Assembly (NCBI GenBank): GCA_013239625.1
Contig: MU053934.1
Coordinates: 4,978,399 to 5,042,398 of the forward strand
DNA: 64,000 nucleotides
DNA from: Lama guanicoe
Taxonomy: Eukaryota
Reading direction: 5' to 3'
This document shows, piece by piece, positions 48,721-61,146 of the stretch (positions are counted from its first letter, which is position 1; each line of letters starts with the position of its first letter). The notes below the pieces were generated by a model. That model did not search any database. It worked only from the letters and a program-made list of their open reading frames with translations, and was not told where the DNA came from. The position numbers and the translations under genes are program-made.

Positions 48721-51700
48721 TGGTGGAGGACCAGGGGGGATATTTAATCTTAGACACAAGGATTTAGGACTTGTGAGCATCATCTGCTTATATGCAATCT
48801 TATTTTTCTTCTTAGGGCAAAATTCAGACTGAAAATTATAGTGAGACATTTTGGTTCGATAGAACCAATTCATCAAACTCTTAGTCTGCCCCTTCCAAGT
48901 CCACCCACCACCCCCCACCCATTCTCTATCAACTCAATTAAACAGGGAAAGACTGGACCAATATTCTGGATCACTTCCAACTTCAAGAAGCCAAGATTTA
49001 GGGCTCTGCTTGATCAGAAATGGCAATTAAAAAGAAAGAGAACTCCTTTAAACAAAGCCAGTCACAGGAGTTCCTCAGTTCAAGCAGACTCGAATTAAGA
49101 CCTACATTTCCAAAAAGTCAGACTATTATAGTTATTCACTTGAGGGAAGTAATTCTCAATATCCTCCCTTCTATTGGCAGCTTTTTACGTACCTTTATGG
49201 GGCGGCTTGATCAATAAAAATGTAATTACGTGTATCTTTTCAGGGATAGACTTCTCAAATGAGGGAAAGGGAAGCTGTCACATGGCTTAATGTCCACTTT
49301 TGCAAGCTTTGAGACCAGTGAACTAAAAAAAATGACCCGCATTCCAATAATAAACGGGGGCTTGGGAATCTAAGTAAAAGTGACAAGAAGATGAAAGCAG
49401 CTGTGGTCATGCGACCATCCACTCTACCCTTTTGTGCTTTGCCCGAATAAGAGTTAAGGCAGTGCAGAGCACAGATGGTGAGAAAGAGGAGAGGGGACGC
49501 TGAGAGTATTTGTGCCATTTGTGAGTGATGTTACAGTCCTGGTGACGACAGAGCAAGAAGATGGAGGCTTTCAAATATGTGATAAATGAGCCAAGCTTTC
49601 AGCCCCCAAATCAATAAAAACAAATACGAAGCAAACAGAAGGGAAGAGAAGGAAAGCGAACAGGAAGGCACCATAAAATCCCGGTGATATATTCGAGGGG
49701 AAATCATGATGTGACTAGAAAATAGGAAGTGAACAGAAATGAAGCCTGGAGATTTGTAAAATGTCTGTCGGTCTGTCTCTTTCTCGCCCTCCACTCACAT
49801 CCACCACCACTCTTCTCGTCCTTCTTACAGGGCTCATTAAATAATTTCTGACTCTAGGTGGGCATTTTTAATGCTTTGTGCATCGTTGGCTTTTGCCAGC
49901 AGGATTCGTGGTGTTTCTGCAGATGATTGTTCTTGCTTTAGGAAACAGGATAAAACGAGGAAGTGGCGAGAGAGACATCGTCTTGCAGCGGAGCGGGGCG
50001 AGAGGTACACTGCCAGCATAGGGGGGCTCTTTCTGTTTCGTTTTTGTTGTTGTTTTGTATGGATGTTTCCATGGGGCTATTTAAATAAGTGTAGAAGATC
50101 AAAAAACAAGAACATTCTAGAGACACCTTTTCTAACTAGATTCATGGTAAATTACTGATGTTTTTAAAGAGAAGGAAAAAGAAGTTGAAAAAAGCAGAAC
50201 ACATTGTGGGGAAAGTTGAATGTGGGAAAGGCTAGAAACGTGTGGCATCAAGAGAGAGGAAGAGGGAGGGAGAAAAAAAAAAGAGAGGGAGAGGAAGAGA
50301 AAGAAAAGGAAAAGAGAACAGCTGCTTGTAAGTTTACTAACTGAGATTGGAAACCCATGTCTGCAATTGCCTTAAAGCATATGATTGCTGGTCTGAGGTC
50401 AGCCAGGTTTTTTGCAGTCGTTGCCTCTTTGACCAAGGAGCAGTGAGCTTGAGTGTTTGCAGATAGCTGAGAATTGTTCCCGTCAATTTCTCGTCTGAAA
50501 GACAGCAGCCCAGGATGGTTCAGGGGCGCTCAGCTAGTTAGCAGCAGTTTCACTACTGTGCTGGGACCAGTGGAGGCAGCTGGATGAAGGAGAAAGCACA
50601 GCTTTTGGAGCCAGCAGACCCTTACGCTAATCTCTCACCCCGTTTTCTCCTTCATAAAATGTGAATGATAATAATAATAATAATGCATGTTGCAAAGGGT
50701 GACCATTTCTGAAGCCCTTGGCACATGGCAGGCCACGTCAATAAATGGAGCTTAGTCTTAACTGGTTCTTGTTTCTAGGCGTCGGGGAGGCTTGTTCTGT
50801 GAGCTCTCCCTGCGCGGCTGTCCAAGGGCTTCCTGTTTAAAGATAGCAACGCGGTGACTGAGCTCTGGGCCCACGGCAAGGTTTAGAAGCCATAGCAGTT
50901 TTCTGTTTCTCAGTCTTCCATTTCCCAACTTTCCTCTGGCTAGTGCTATCTTCTCTCTCTACTTACTGGATCAATTTGATTACGATGCATTGTACCTTCT
51001 GAGGACGTTGCAGCCAGGTCTCCGGTGGTAAGTAGAGAGAAACCAGAACTTGCCCAGGGTAAGTGGGGAAAATGGGCCCCATTATATGCTAAAATTTACA
51101 CCTTTTAAAGAAGTCTTGACATTCTATTCTCTATTAGAAAGAATGGTAGATAGCCGAGAGGCAAAGATGCTTTGGGGAAAGACACACTAAACTGCTGAAC
51201 TCCAGCAATGAGCCCAGCGTTCTACATCCTCTTCCCGAAACACCCGGGGGTGAAGATTAGCATCTCCAGTCTCAATGAAGAAACTGACACACAGAGACGT
51301 TCTTCCTCCGGCTACCAAGTGAGCAACAGACCTGAGATTTGAAACCAAGTCACTGTTGCTGGCAGCCTCACCTTGCAGAGAGTGGCAAATTTACACTTAC
51401 GCTTAAAGAAAAAGGTATTTTTCTTATAAAAAGTTTGAAGACAAATGAGATTTTATATGATGGGCTTTGAACTTAAAAAAAAAGTATGTTTTATAAGCCA
51501 TACTGGTGTTGATGGGGGAAAAGTATGGTAATGAATAATCGGAAGAAGGAAAAGCAAATGACCATTTGTCTCAGCATCACTCAATTTACAAGGCAGGGGA
51601 GGGGACCTGCACAGGGACCACCTTCTGATTTGCCTCCCTCTTGTACTCCCCTCCCCTTGCCCTCCCTTCCCCAAAACAAACAAACAAACAAAAATGCTAA

Positions 51701-53155
51701 GCAGGACAAGAGGAGCTAATTAAAAAGAGGGAAGCATCCCTGAGACCAATGAAATCTCCCTAATCCACAATGACAGACAGGGACCAGCAGAAGAGCAATT
51801 TGATTAAATAAGGATCTAAGGGACTTAGAAGGACTCTCCAGTTGTGTAAAGTTTATCTGTTAGTTTTTGAAATATCTTTCTTTAGCTTCCAAACCTGGAA
51901 ACCAAGTGCCTTCTAACTGGGAAGATGGTTTCCATTTGGAAAGTAGGAAAAGTAGGGGGAAAAAATCTCAGGGCAAAGCCAAAGGGTCCAGGTGGGGCTG
52001 GGGATCCAAGGTTGGATTGAACCTAAGAGGCTGGAAGATGGTCTGCAGGCGGTGCCCTGGTAGAGAGAGGTGTTAGAAGGCCGGGTGGGTACAGCCAGCC
52101 TTGGGTGGGTGGTTACAGGCTGAGCCTAAAGCAGTCCCAGACTGGGAGGGGAGCACAGCACGACCCCCCGCCACGTCTCGGATCCCACTCAGGAACCCAC
52201 TACCACTTTCCACAGTGAAGCGGCTAGAGGATGAATTGTTTGGTACGGGATACACAAGCGCAGAGAGCTGGAGAAACTCTCTGATGGCCTCTATTCACAA
52301 GCCACTTCCTGGCGGCCTCCAGGACTGGCATCAGAAGATCAGCTGCCGAGGAATTATTATCCTCGGACAAGCTTCAAAGGGCACCTCTAGTCCCATGTGT
52401 TCACCCTTGCCAGCCATGCCAGGGGATTTATACATTTCTAGGGCTTAGGAGGGGGGAAACTGAGTCACCTAGGGATGAGGGAAAAATAAGAATGTCCCGT
52501 GAGCTCAAAAGCATTTAAAATGGAGGCTTTTAGAGGGTCCTAAAAATGTCAGCCAGAACTGGTTTGGCAGGGTCCATGTGCTTGTCTTTGCTTATTCTGG
52601 GTGCAATAAAAATCAGCAGTTTATACCCCGTGGAGAGAGCACCTGTGGAAACAGGCCAGGTCCTCCTAGAAGGCCCTTGAGGTCCAAAACCCAAAAAGAA
52701 ATGGCCCTGCATGTCTGACTTGAGAGATCCAGATAAGCAAAGAAGTGTTGGTTGTAAATCTTTGAAAGCAGAAGCCCTTGGTGGCCACTGCCACGGCTGT
52801 CTTGGTTGTAGCTGCCATGATTCCATCTCCCACTGGCACCTGGACACAGATCCAAGTCTCCAGAGAAACCAGAAGCAGGATCTTACTAGAACAGGATTTG
52901 AGGCTCTCTATTTTAAGGGCTCCAGAGGATGAGTTAGAAGTAATTCAAGAACAGGCACAGTAAAGAAATATGTAAGCCCTGTTAAACACTGAGCGAGAAG
53001 GTTAACATTTCCAACGTGGCCAGCTGATTATAAAGGTATCCTGTGGGCGAGGATTCTGCTGGTTTAGAATAGACCAAAAATGTCACCTGAGGGCCCAAAA
53101 TGAGGAAAGATCAGCTCTTCATCTCTTGGCCATGCTCAGCCTTTTTCTTTTCTTA

Positions 53156-53210
53156 CTTCTCCTTCTCCTTCTCCTTCTCCTTCTCCTTCTTCTTCTTCTT
53201 CTTCTTTTTT
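53156..53210 (+). repeat. (CTTCTC)n-(CTT)n polypyrimidine microsatellite
   Basis: 55 consecutive pyrimidines, read directly. Confidence 0.9.
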
Positions 53211-54269
53211 AACATTCTTTTCCAGAATAGATTGGTTTGGGTCTCTAGAAGAATATTTAACCAGTGGCTAACAGATGAGTTATAGGTAGATGTCCATCCT
53301 CCACTTAGGAAATTTCAAGAAGGGCGGTCTATGACCTTCCTCAGTTTCCCACTCTTATGTCTAATGCCCAGAAAGAGATGATAAAGTCAGAAAGGCCCAA
53401 CCACAGCTGTACGTTTCAGATAAAAGAAAAATACATAGTAGGGGTTTCAACACAAATCATAAACCTCGGCTCAAAAGCAAGAGTGAGGAACTAGTCATTT
53501 TGAGATGAAAGGGGACCAGCTTTCCAGGGAGCTCAGAGAGAATTTAAGCATCAGAAAATGTGTGGGAGCAGATGTCTTCCAATTCTTTTTCCATCTAAGC
53601 AATTCTGTATTTTATGGGTTTTAGACTTTTTGAAATGTTAAAGTTTAGATGCCTTAAAACGCACCAGAGACCAGGAAGACAGTTGCCAAACTGTCTATAT
53701 AAAGGTTGTGGGGACTTGCGATGCATAGAAAAGTTACGAGGTGGAATCCACGGTTTGGGGTGCACCATTGCCCTCTATTGGATTAAATAAATCAGACCTT
53801 CTGTGTGCTCGTGTGTTTCACGATTTCTGGCTGAATTTGCTGAGCAGTTAGGGCACTTTTGAATGGGACATTAATTGATCCTTGTAAATGGGTCCTTCCG
53901 CCTGCTGCCCCTTCCCGGTGGAAATCAATTACAGTTATAACTCTGGTGGCAGGTCATTTATCATGTTTCCAGACACTCAACAAGCATTTGCTAAGGGCCT
54001 ACGAAGCACTGACTAGGTGCTGCCGGGCATCTAAGGATAAATAACAACTGCTATTACTACTCATTTGATGCCTACTGTGTGCCAGGGTCTTTATTAACAC
54101 ACAACCGCCCTGTGGAGTAAGTGCGATTGCCCCCAGGTTTTGGATGAAGAAATAGGGCACTTGGGAAGTAAATGGCACATCTTAGATTCATATCAGGTTC
54201 ACCTACTCCTAAGCCCTGAAGAAGTTTACAGACTGTTAGTGGAGACAGGATATAGCCAAGGACATCCGG

Positions 54270-54572
54270 GCCCCGGATCCATAAACTACAGCCAGTAGGT
54301 CAAATTTGACTCATCACACATTTCTGGCCACAAGGTAAGATGGTTTTTACTTTTTTGAATGGTTGGAAAAAATCAAAATAATAATTGGAATATCTTGGGG
54401 CATGTAAAATTATATGAAATTCAGGTTTCAGTGAGCATAGTTGTATCAGAACCCCAGTCCGCTTGCTTGTTTACTATTCTCTCTGGCTGCCTTCCCGGAA
54501 AACAGTGCAGGTCTGTGGTCACAGCAGACAATGTCCTGCCCTTTACAGAAAAGAGGTTGAGGACCCCTAGTC
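54270..54572. mobile_element. MER58-like hAT-Charlie element
   Basis: aaactacagccagtaggtcaaatttg...aaaattatatgaaattcaggtttcagtg...gccctttacagaaaagaggttgaggacccct. Confidence 0.7.
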
Positions 54573-56190
54573 TATACTCCAAGGTGGAACGTTATATATC
54601 AGTAGAAGAGGTTTTTTTAAAAGGTGCTTGGGGTTTAAGAAAAGAGGAAACATATTTATTTAACCCACAGTGTGAGGTGCTAAGAGGGACATACAGGTGT
54701 GCCCTTTTTAAGACTCAATGCATGAAAACCCAGCCTTTAACACAGATAAATGAAAAGGTAGCTATTTGCGTAACAAATTTTTCTTTTCATTTTGCAATGG
54801 GATTCCTTTGCAGAATGAGCGTCCATCATAATAACTCTTCGAGAACATATCTATTGTGTACAGTGAGGCTTAGCTGTCATCATTTTTTCCTGGCCATGTA
54901 AGGTTTCCCACTTCCGAAACAGAACTGAGCTGACCTTGCTGATTCAACGGGGAGGACGCTGTCTGCCTTCACACTGTCTCCAAGAGAGGTTCTGCCTGAC
55001 AGTAGAAAGGGTGTGGATTCCAAGCATTACTGTGTGAACTTAGAGAGCTGGTATCATTTTACACTTTTAGCTAAGCTCCTCTGGTCACTGCAGCCAAAGT
55101 TCTAAAACGTTAACTCCTCTCACTATTCTATCAATAAATAAATTAATACAAATTATGTTTGTTGCTAATAACCTGGTAAATAGGCTACAAAAAAATACTT
55201 ATAAAGAGCAAACAAACCAACCTACCTCCCCCACGAAACAAACAAAAAAGAATTTTTTTAAAAAGAGTAATTTTTTTTTCTTCCCAAGACATTATCTCAA
55301 CTGAATGACAGCGTAAACAGGGGCAAGTTCTATAATATTCAAATTAGGGCTCCCCCCAGCAAAATAGGAAGTGTTGGCAAGATTCAGTTTGAGCCCTGGC
55401 TCCTTTCCCTGGGTCCTAAGCCTGAACCTTCGAAGAGCTTTGTGGTGTTATGCAATTGCTCTTTTTAAGAGAAGCACAAAGCGGAAGGCTTGGCTATTCA
55501 TAGCCAAATTAGGAGGAGCTGAAACTGTTCAAGAAGTTTCTCTCCCGGTACCATTTTGATGGTAACTACATGTTTCTGAACATCCACTGAATCTGGCTTT
55601 CAAATGGAGGCTGTTTTACAGAGCTGTCTCCTAGCTTTTGTTTTCAGAATCCTCTGCTGTGACGTATTTTAGAAGTAGATAAGCATGCCTGACTTTTGGG
55701 GGGTTTTTTGGTGGTACAAGAAACTTCAGCGGAAATGCAAGGGCAGAGAAAACTGTGCTGGGGGTGTCCTGTGTGGAGGTGTCCAGCGGTGGGCTGTGTC
55801 CCAGGGCTGCTAATCGGTATTCCGTGCAATTCGTGAAGTGGGAGGGTGAGAGATGCAGAGGGCTGGTGAGAAGCAGGGCCGGCGCTGTGGGCAGGAGCCC
55901 TGCACAGTTCAGAGGCAGGCTTCCTGGACCCATGGCACCGTCAGAAGGGCTGGGCTGAGCAGATGGAGGCTGCTGGCAGCAGCTTGGCACCTGGATGCTG
56001 TCACTTCTCCACACTCAGGTATCACTACAGCCGTTTCTGAAGCTGATTACTGGAAGGGAAAGCATATTTAACCCACCACTGAGGCTCTCCGAAGAGGTGC
56101 CTGTCTTCATCTTCCCTGAGGTCAGAAGCACTGTAACTGCAAAGAGCAGTGAGAAGGCTCCACCGCGTTGAGTTCTTGAGGCCGCTGAAC

Positions 56191-56210
56191 TCTCTCTCTC
56201 TCTCTCTCTC
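56191..56210 (+). repeat. (TC)10 microsatellite
   Basis: Read directly. Confidence 0.9.
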
Positions 56211-58857
56211 ACCCCCCCCACCTCTTTTCTCTCTTGGAATTGTTGCTACCATGTTTTTGGCTCCATCACTTACTTCTTTTCTTTTCCAGTTGCTGTGGTG
56301 GTGGGTACAGGGTTTTCTTTTTTCCCTGGTGGTAATTTTTAACTTTTCAAAATTAAAACTAATGAACATAGAGGAGTAGGATGTAAATTTCCATGCATTT
56401 TTATGATCAAATAGAAGACCAGCCCCTGGGGCTGGCACATTTACTGTTCTCTGCTATTAGAGAAGCAGAGAATGGTAAATTCGAGGGAAGAATTTGCAAA
56501 GCCCCCTGCAGTTTGAACGAAAACAGAGCGTCCCCCACGCCACCCTGAACACTTCCCTCCTACCAAACAGCATCTGAACAGATTTCATTTTACAAATGGA
56601 AGTGGGACACAAACAAATTTTTTCAAAGTGATTGCACAAAGAGTGAACCTGTTTAATTGGGTTTCTGCAACCCAGGATTAACATTATAAGCTGGGGAGCT
56701 CTGTGATGTGCCTCTGCGGTTGGCTTTACCACCCCACCCGCCTCCTGGGGGAAGGTAGAGGAAAGTGCCACTCTTCAGAAGCAGTTTGACTTCTGCCACA
56801 GCCTTCTCACTGGGTGACTTACAGCCAGCCTGCACCCAGCACCCAGGCCTGATCTGAGTTACATGTAATGTCGGAAAGATCTTCCCAAGCTCAAGGTCGT
56901 ATCTAGAGCAAGCCTTGGATTTTTTTTTCCATCTCTAATGTATGTGACTTTCTAATATGCTTAGCACTTGCCCTCCCCTTGTCTCCATCCTGCTTATTAA
57001 GGTAAATTTGCATAGAAATGGGATCTTGGTTTTCAGGACCATTCACCTGACACTTGATCTCCTGATGTGACCAGTGTCTGCTGTTGATACCATGAGGGTG
57101 ACCCACAGAAGCCCATCTTCCTGCAAACTAGAGGGAAGGCTTTAATTAGGGGAAGCTTTGCACGTTAAAGTAATGGGGTGAATCAAATCAGCAGAGGCAT
57201 TTCACAGTCACTCAGGAGGGCAGAGTACTCCTTCCTGTTGAGTGGGTCATCCTAGGGCACAAAAATTTTAATTTGCCTTAGATGGACAGATCTTGAAGAA
57301 AGTGCACCAAATATATGTGGGTTTTTTTCATTTGGAAATAATTTTTGGCTGGTGATAAAGCTCAGACAAGGGGCTGTGACATTTTACTTTGGCTCCTGAA
57401 ATATTTTTTGCTTAAGATCCATCTTTGGGACTGGTAATATTCAGCTCTACAAATTGCCTTTGGAAGACCAAGCGAATGTGGCGAATCAGAGGAACCAGCC
57501 TCTTGCTATCACCACTGCTGCAGTCGGCTCTAATCCTCCGGTTGCTGCGTGCTGCACCCTCCCACTGGCCACTACCCTCCTTATTTACCTAAATTTTGTC
57601 ACCTGGGCAGAAGTTCCCACTGAGAGGACAACTGTGGTCCCAGTTCACCGGTCACTGAAAGTCAAGTAGATTTAAGGGTTATTAACCTGAAGGGTTTCAG
57701 ACTTAGGCAAATTTTGCAAAACAGAAATGCCAAACAACAGCTTTCAAGACGGTGTCCTGACAGTGAGCAGAGAACCAAAGAATTGGAGGGTCATGGAGAA
57801 TAAATATCAAATTTCAATGAGAAAAGTTTCTAGATGATGGGAGAAATCAGAAGAATATTTTTGCTGCTTTTGGCCAGGCTACCTTTGTTGAGGATAAATT
57901 CATTCCATAAAATTATTCTAAAATATAAATGCTACTTAGCTCTATCTTGTATAACATTTTGCATCTGTCATTTAGTTTAATCTTATGTCCTTATTCATTG
58001 AGCATTATGATCCTCCTTTCACACATAAGGAAACTGAGACTCCAAGAGATTTCGTTACTTGCAGGAGGCACACAGCTATTCGCCAGCAACACCTGGCCTC
58101 TGCTCTCTTTCTACTAAATCCCACTGTCTCCAAAAAAACAGCTATATTTCATTTGTAGGTTTACTTATTTATCTTTACACAGGTCTCATGTATTACTAGG
58201 AGGGACCAATATTTTAACTCAATTGAAGTATTAAAACGGAAATTTCCAAAATGTACTTGGTCGTCACCATAATAATAAAAGAAAGAATCTAACTAATTGA
58301 GTCTCTCAACTCTAAAACCAGCGTGCTTTCTACTCCCAAGCCGTGCAGAAGGATGCTGCGTTCCCCACTGACCGCTGCTGTCTGGTTCTCTTAAATGGTT
58401 CAGATGTAAAAGAGAAAATGGCATCTGTCTAATTAACGCTGCCTGGTTAAATACAGCTGCTAAGGGACGGCCTCAGGACAGTGTTTACCGAACAGTCTTT
58501 CCAATCCCTCGGGCCCCAAGTTAGAGATGATAGTCAGTCTTCCGTCCTTATCAACCGGAAACAGAGATGCCCCAGAAATGGTTACAGGCCAGGACAGCAA
58601 ACGAAGAAAGGAGAGGGGAAAGGCGGTCGCTGGTCTTCACTCCCTGCTCCTGGCATCTGGGGATTCAGAGGATGATGCTGGAAAGCAGGTCCTAGAGGCT
58701 CTGGGAGCTCTTGTGGAAAACAAAAGCCCTCACGCTGCTCCCGCACCTCCCTCCCCAGCTGGAGACTTTTGAGGGCTCCCCTACCAGCCCGCTGGCACTG
58801 GCTCTGCCGCCCCCCTCCTGCCAGAAAGGCACAATGACCACATTATTTCTCTTCCAG

Positions 58858-58871
58858 CTTCACGGTACAAC
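58858..58871 (+). other. GRAP2: GRAP2 exon 2, 5' UTR part and splice acceptor
   Basis: cattatttctcttccag|CTTCACGGTACAAC ATG. The AG is at 58856-58857, leaving 14 nt of UTR. Confidence 0.85.
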
Positions 58872-58949
58872 ATGGAAGCCATTGCCAAATTTGATTTCAT
58901 CGCCTCAGGTGAGGATGAACTGAGCTTTCACGCCGGAGATGTTCTGAAG
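58872..58949 (+). CDS. GRAP2: GRB2-related adaptor protein 2 (GADS/Mona), first coding exon, start of the N-terminal SH3 domain (26 codons; later exons lie beyond the window)
   Basis: Translates to MEAIAKFDFIASGEDELSFHAGDVLK, a GRB2-family N-terminal SH3 start. Good Kozak context (AACATGG) and donor AAG|GTAGGT at 58949/58950 (phase 0). Too short for the ORF track. Confidence 0.95.
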
Positions 58950-60634
58950 GTAGGTGATGTGGGGCCCCGGGGAGCCTGACAGAGTTTAGGTGTCTCTGGT
59001 CTGGTCACTGAGTCAATCTCACAATCCATGCCTTTGTTTCTCAAGAAATATATACAGTTCCTTTCAAAGAAGTTCACCTCAATCAAAAGGCTTCCTTCTG
59101 AGCACCTGGGCACCAGCTACCAGCCTGGGTGATGGAAATCCGCTTGGCACAAGCCAGCATCCTTGCCCTGAGATGCTTGTGGCCTGGAGGGGGAACAAAC
59201 CTGCCCAGAGGGCTGTCATAGATGTTCTCGTCCACACATTCAGGAGCAAGGGTTGGGGGACAAGTGACCCCAGCTTGAAAGATGGGGTTGTAGGACTGGG
59301 TGGCACTGTCAGTTGTCAGAGAATGCAAGAAGGTGGGCTGGGCTCTTGGCTAAAGCTCAGAGATGAGTGAGCCCAGGGGGAACTCGGTCCGCGTTGTGAT
59401 GCCGGGCACGGCTGGAACTTACAAGAGGGAGGTGTGGGTGGGGACAGCCTGGAGAGGCAGTTGAGAGTTGAGACTCGGGTCTACAAAGGCCATGCACACC
59501 TGGCCAACTCAGGGGCTTCTTAAAACTTGTCTTACGGCCATGCTTGAGTTGTAGCGGCCACTCGCCAAGCTGAAGAGGGCTTGGACTTCTCCCCCGCCTC
59601 CTGCACCACAGTTACAGACCCCGCCTCTGAGCCCCTGTTTTGTGCCAAAAAGCACAAGGCCTTCAAGAGGCCACTGGGGAACCAAGGCACCAATGCCCTT
59701 CTCCTGGCTTCGGAACACCTCAGATATCCTGATCCCAGGTCCTCTGCAGCCCACGTGGGCCTTCTCAGACCGCCCAGTGTCGCTGAGGCCACCGTTGTCC
59801 CTCCACTAAGATAAACGCCTGCTCTAGGAAGGACCCCGTCAGTACGCAAGACGATGATTCCAAAGGTGTCTGCAGAGCACGAACCAGGCAGAAGGACGGT
59901 TTGGATTTGAACCCCCCAGTATTTATCCCCCTAACTGCTCTCACCGTGCAAGACCTAGTAAGGCAGCTGCAAAGAGTATGCCTTCAATGTCGAGCTTCTC
60001 GAGGTCAAAACTGTTCCTGGGGCTGCTGACCCAGGAAAACGTGACCTTCACTTCTTTGGGATCTTACCAAGGTCACAGAGGGCTATGCAACACGGTGAGC
60101 AGTCCCTCCCTTCCCTGTGGGGAACTGTGACCATGTGAGTATTGACATTCTAGAGTGTTCTCACCCAAAGGAAGCCCAAAGAAGGGGACAACTCCCACCC
60201 CTCAGCTCCCATTTCAAACAGAACCTACTCTCTTGCTTAAAATTTCCCTATTCCCCAGAAAAGTAAAAAGAAATGAAAAACTCTCCTCAACTCTGCTTTT
60301 CAGTCCAGCTCCTGTTTCTTTCCTCTCCTTCCCTGCCAGTGCTGGGAAGGATTCTCTGTGCTAAATGTCTCCACTTCCTCACTTCCCATTCATTCCACTG
60401 GAACCCTCTGGAATCTGTCTTTTACCCTCAACACTCCCTTAAAGACCAGCAGTGATCTCCTTAGTGTGGAATATAAGGACCCTACTTAAATGCCTGCAGG
60501 ATCAGACCCTGCTCACTGTCCCTCTCCTGCAGCTGAAGGGAGCCCTGTCTGACACCCAAACACCTTATGCTGCTCTGAAAGTTTTTATTTCATTGTATCC
60601 CTTTCTTCACTGGAGAGGAATCTGACACGTGTAC

Positions 60635-60800
60635 AAAGGAGCATGGACTTTGGGGCCAGATAAATCTGAGTTTGAGTCCCAGCTTAGTAGCTGTGTGGCC
60701 TTGGGTCAGTCACTCGCCCCCTCTGAGCTTCAGTGTCTTTATAAGTGGAGGCCATATGTATCTTACAGGCTTGTGGAAAGGATTAGAGGTAGTAAATAGC
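60635..60800 (+). mobile_element. MIR fragment
   Basis: gagcatggactttggggccagataaatctgagtttgagtcccagct...ctgtgtggccttgggtcagtcactcgcccctctgagcttcagtgtc. Confidence 0.75.
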
Positions 60801-61094
60801 CCCAGCCCAAAGTGGATGTTCAAAAATGATCTCCGCATTGTCAGTGTCACCCATTCCCACTGCCTCTGACTGTTAAAACTACTGCCATAGCTTGCCCTTG
60901 ACTGACTTCATCGCCTCCCATCTCTTCCTCCTTCATCCTACGAACTAGTCCCAGAAGAGGCTTTCTAGAAGACAAACCAGATCGTATTATGTCCTTACTC
61001 AAAAGCATTCAGTGGTTCCCCATTACCAGTTGATTGAAGTCTAAACCCTACGGCCCCAAACTACTGCCCAACCACATCGTGCTGGTTTGCATGA

Positions 61095-61146
61095 ACACGT
61101 ACACGTACACGTACGTACACACATACACACGCACACACATGCACAT
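61095..61146 (+). repeat. Alternating purine-pyrimidine tract, (ACACGT)n/(AC)n
   Basis: 52 nt of unbroken RY alternation, read directly. Confidence 0.85.

Noticed and set aside
54359..54901. 180-aa ORF
   Set aside because: It begins inside a MER58-like relic and has no domain similarity or splice support.
58711..58857. Upstream part of the 70-aa ORF 58711-58923 as a coding exon
   Set aside because: It has a non-ATG start and runs through the branch and polypyrimidine region. Only the part from 58858 is relevant, as the overlapping frame.
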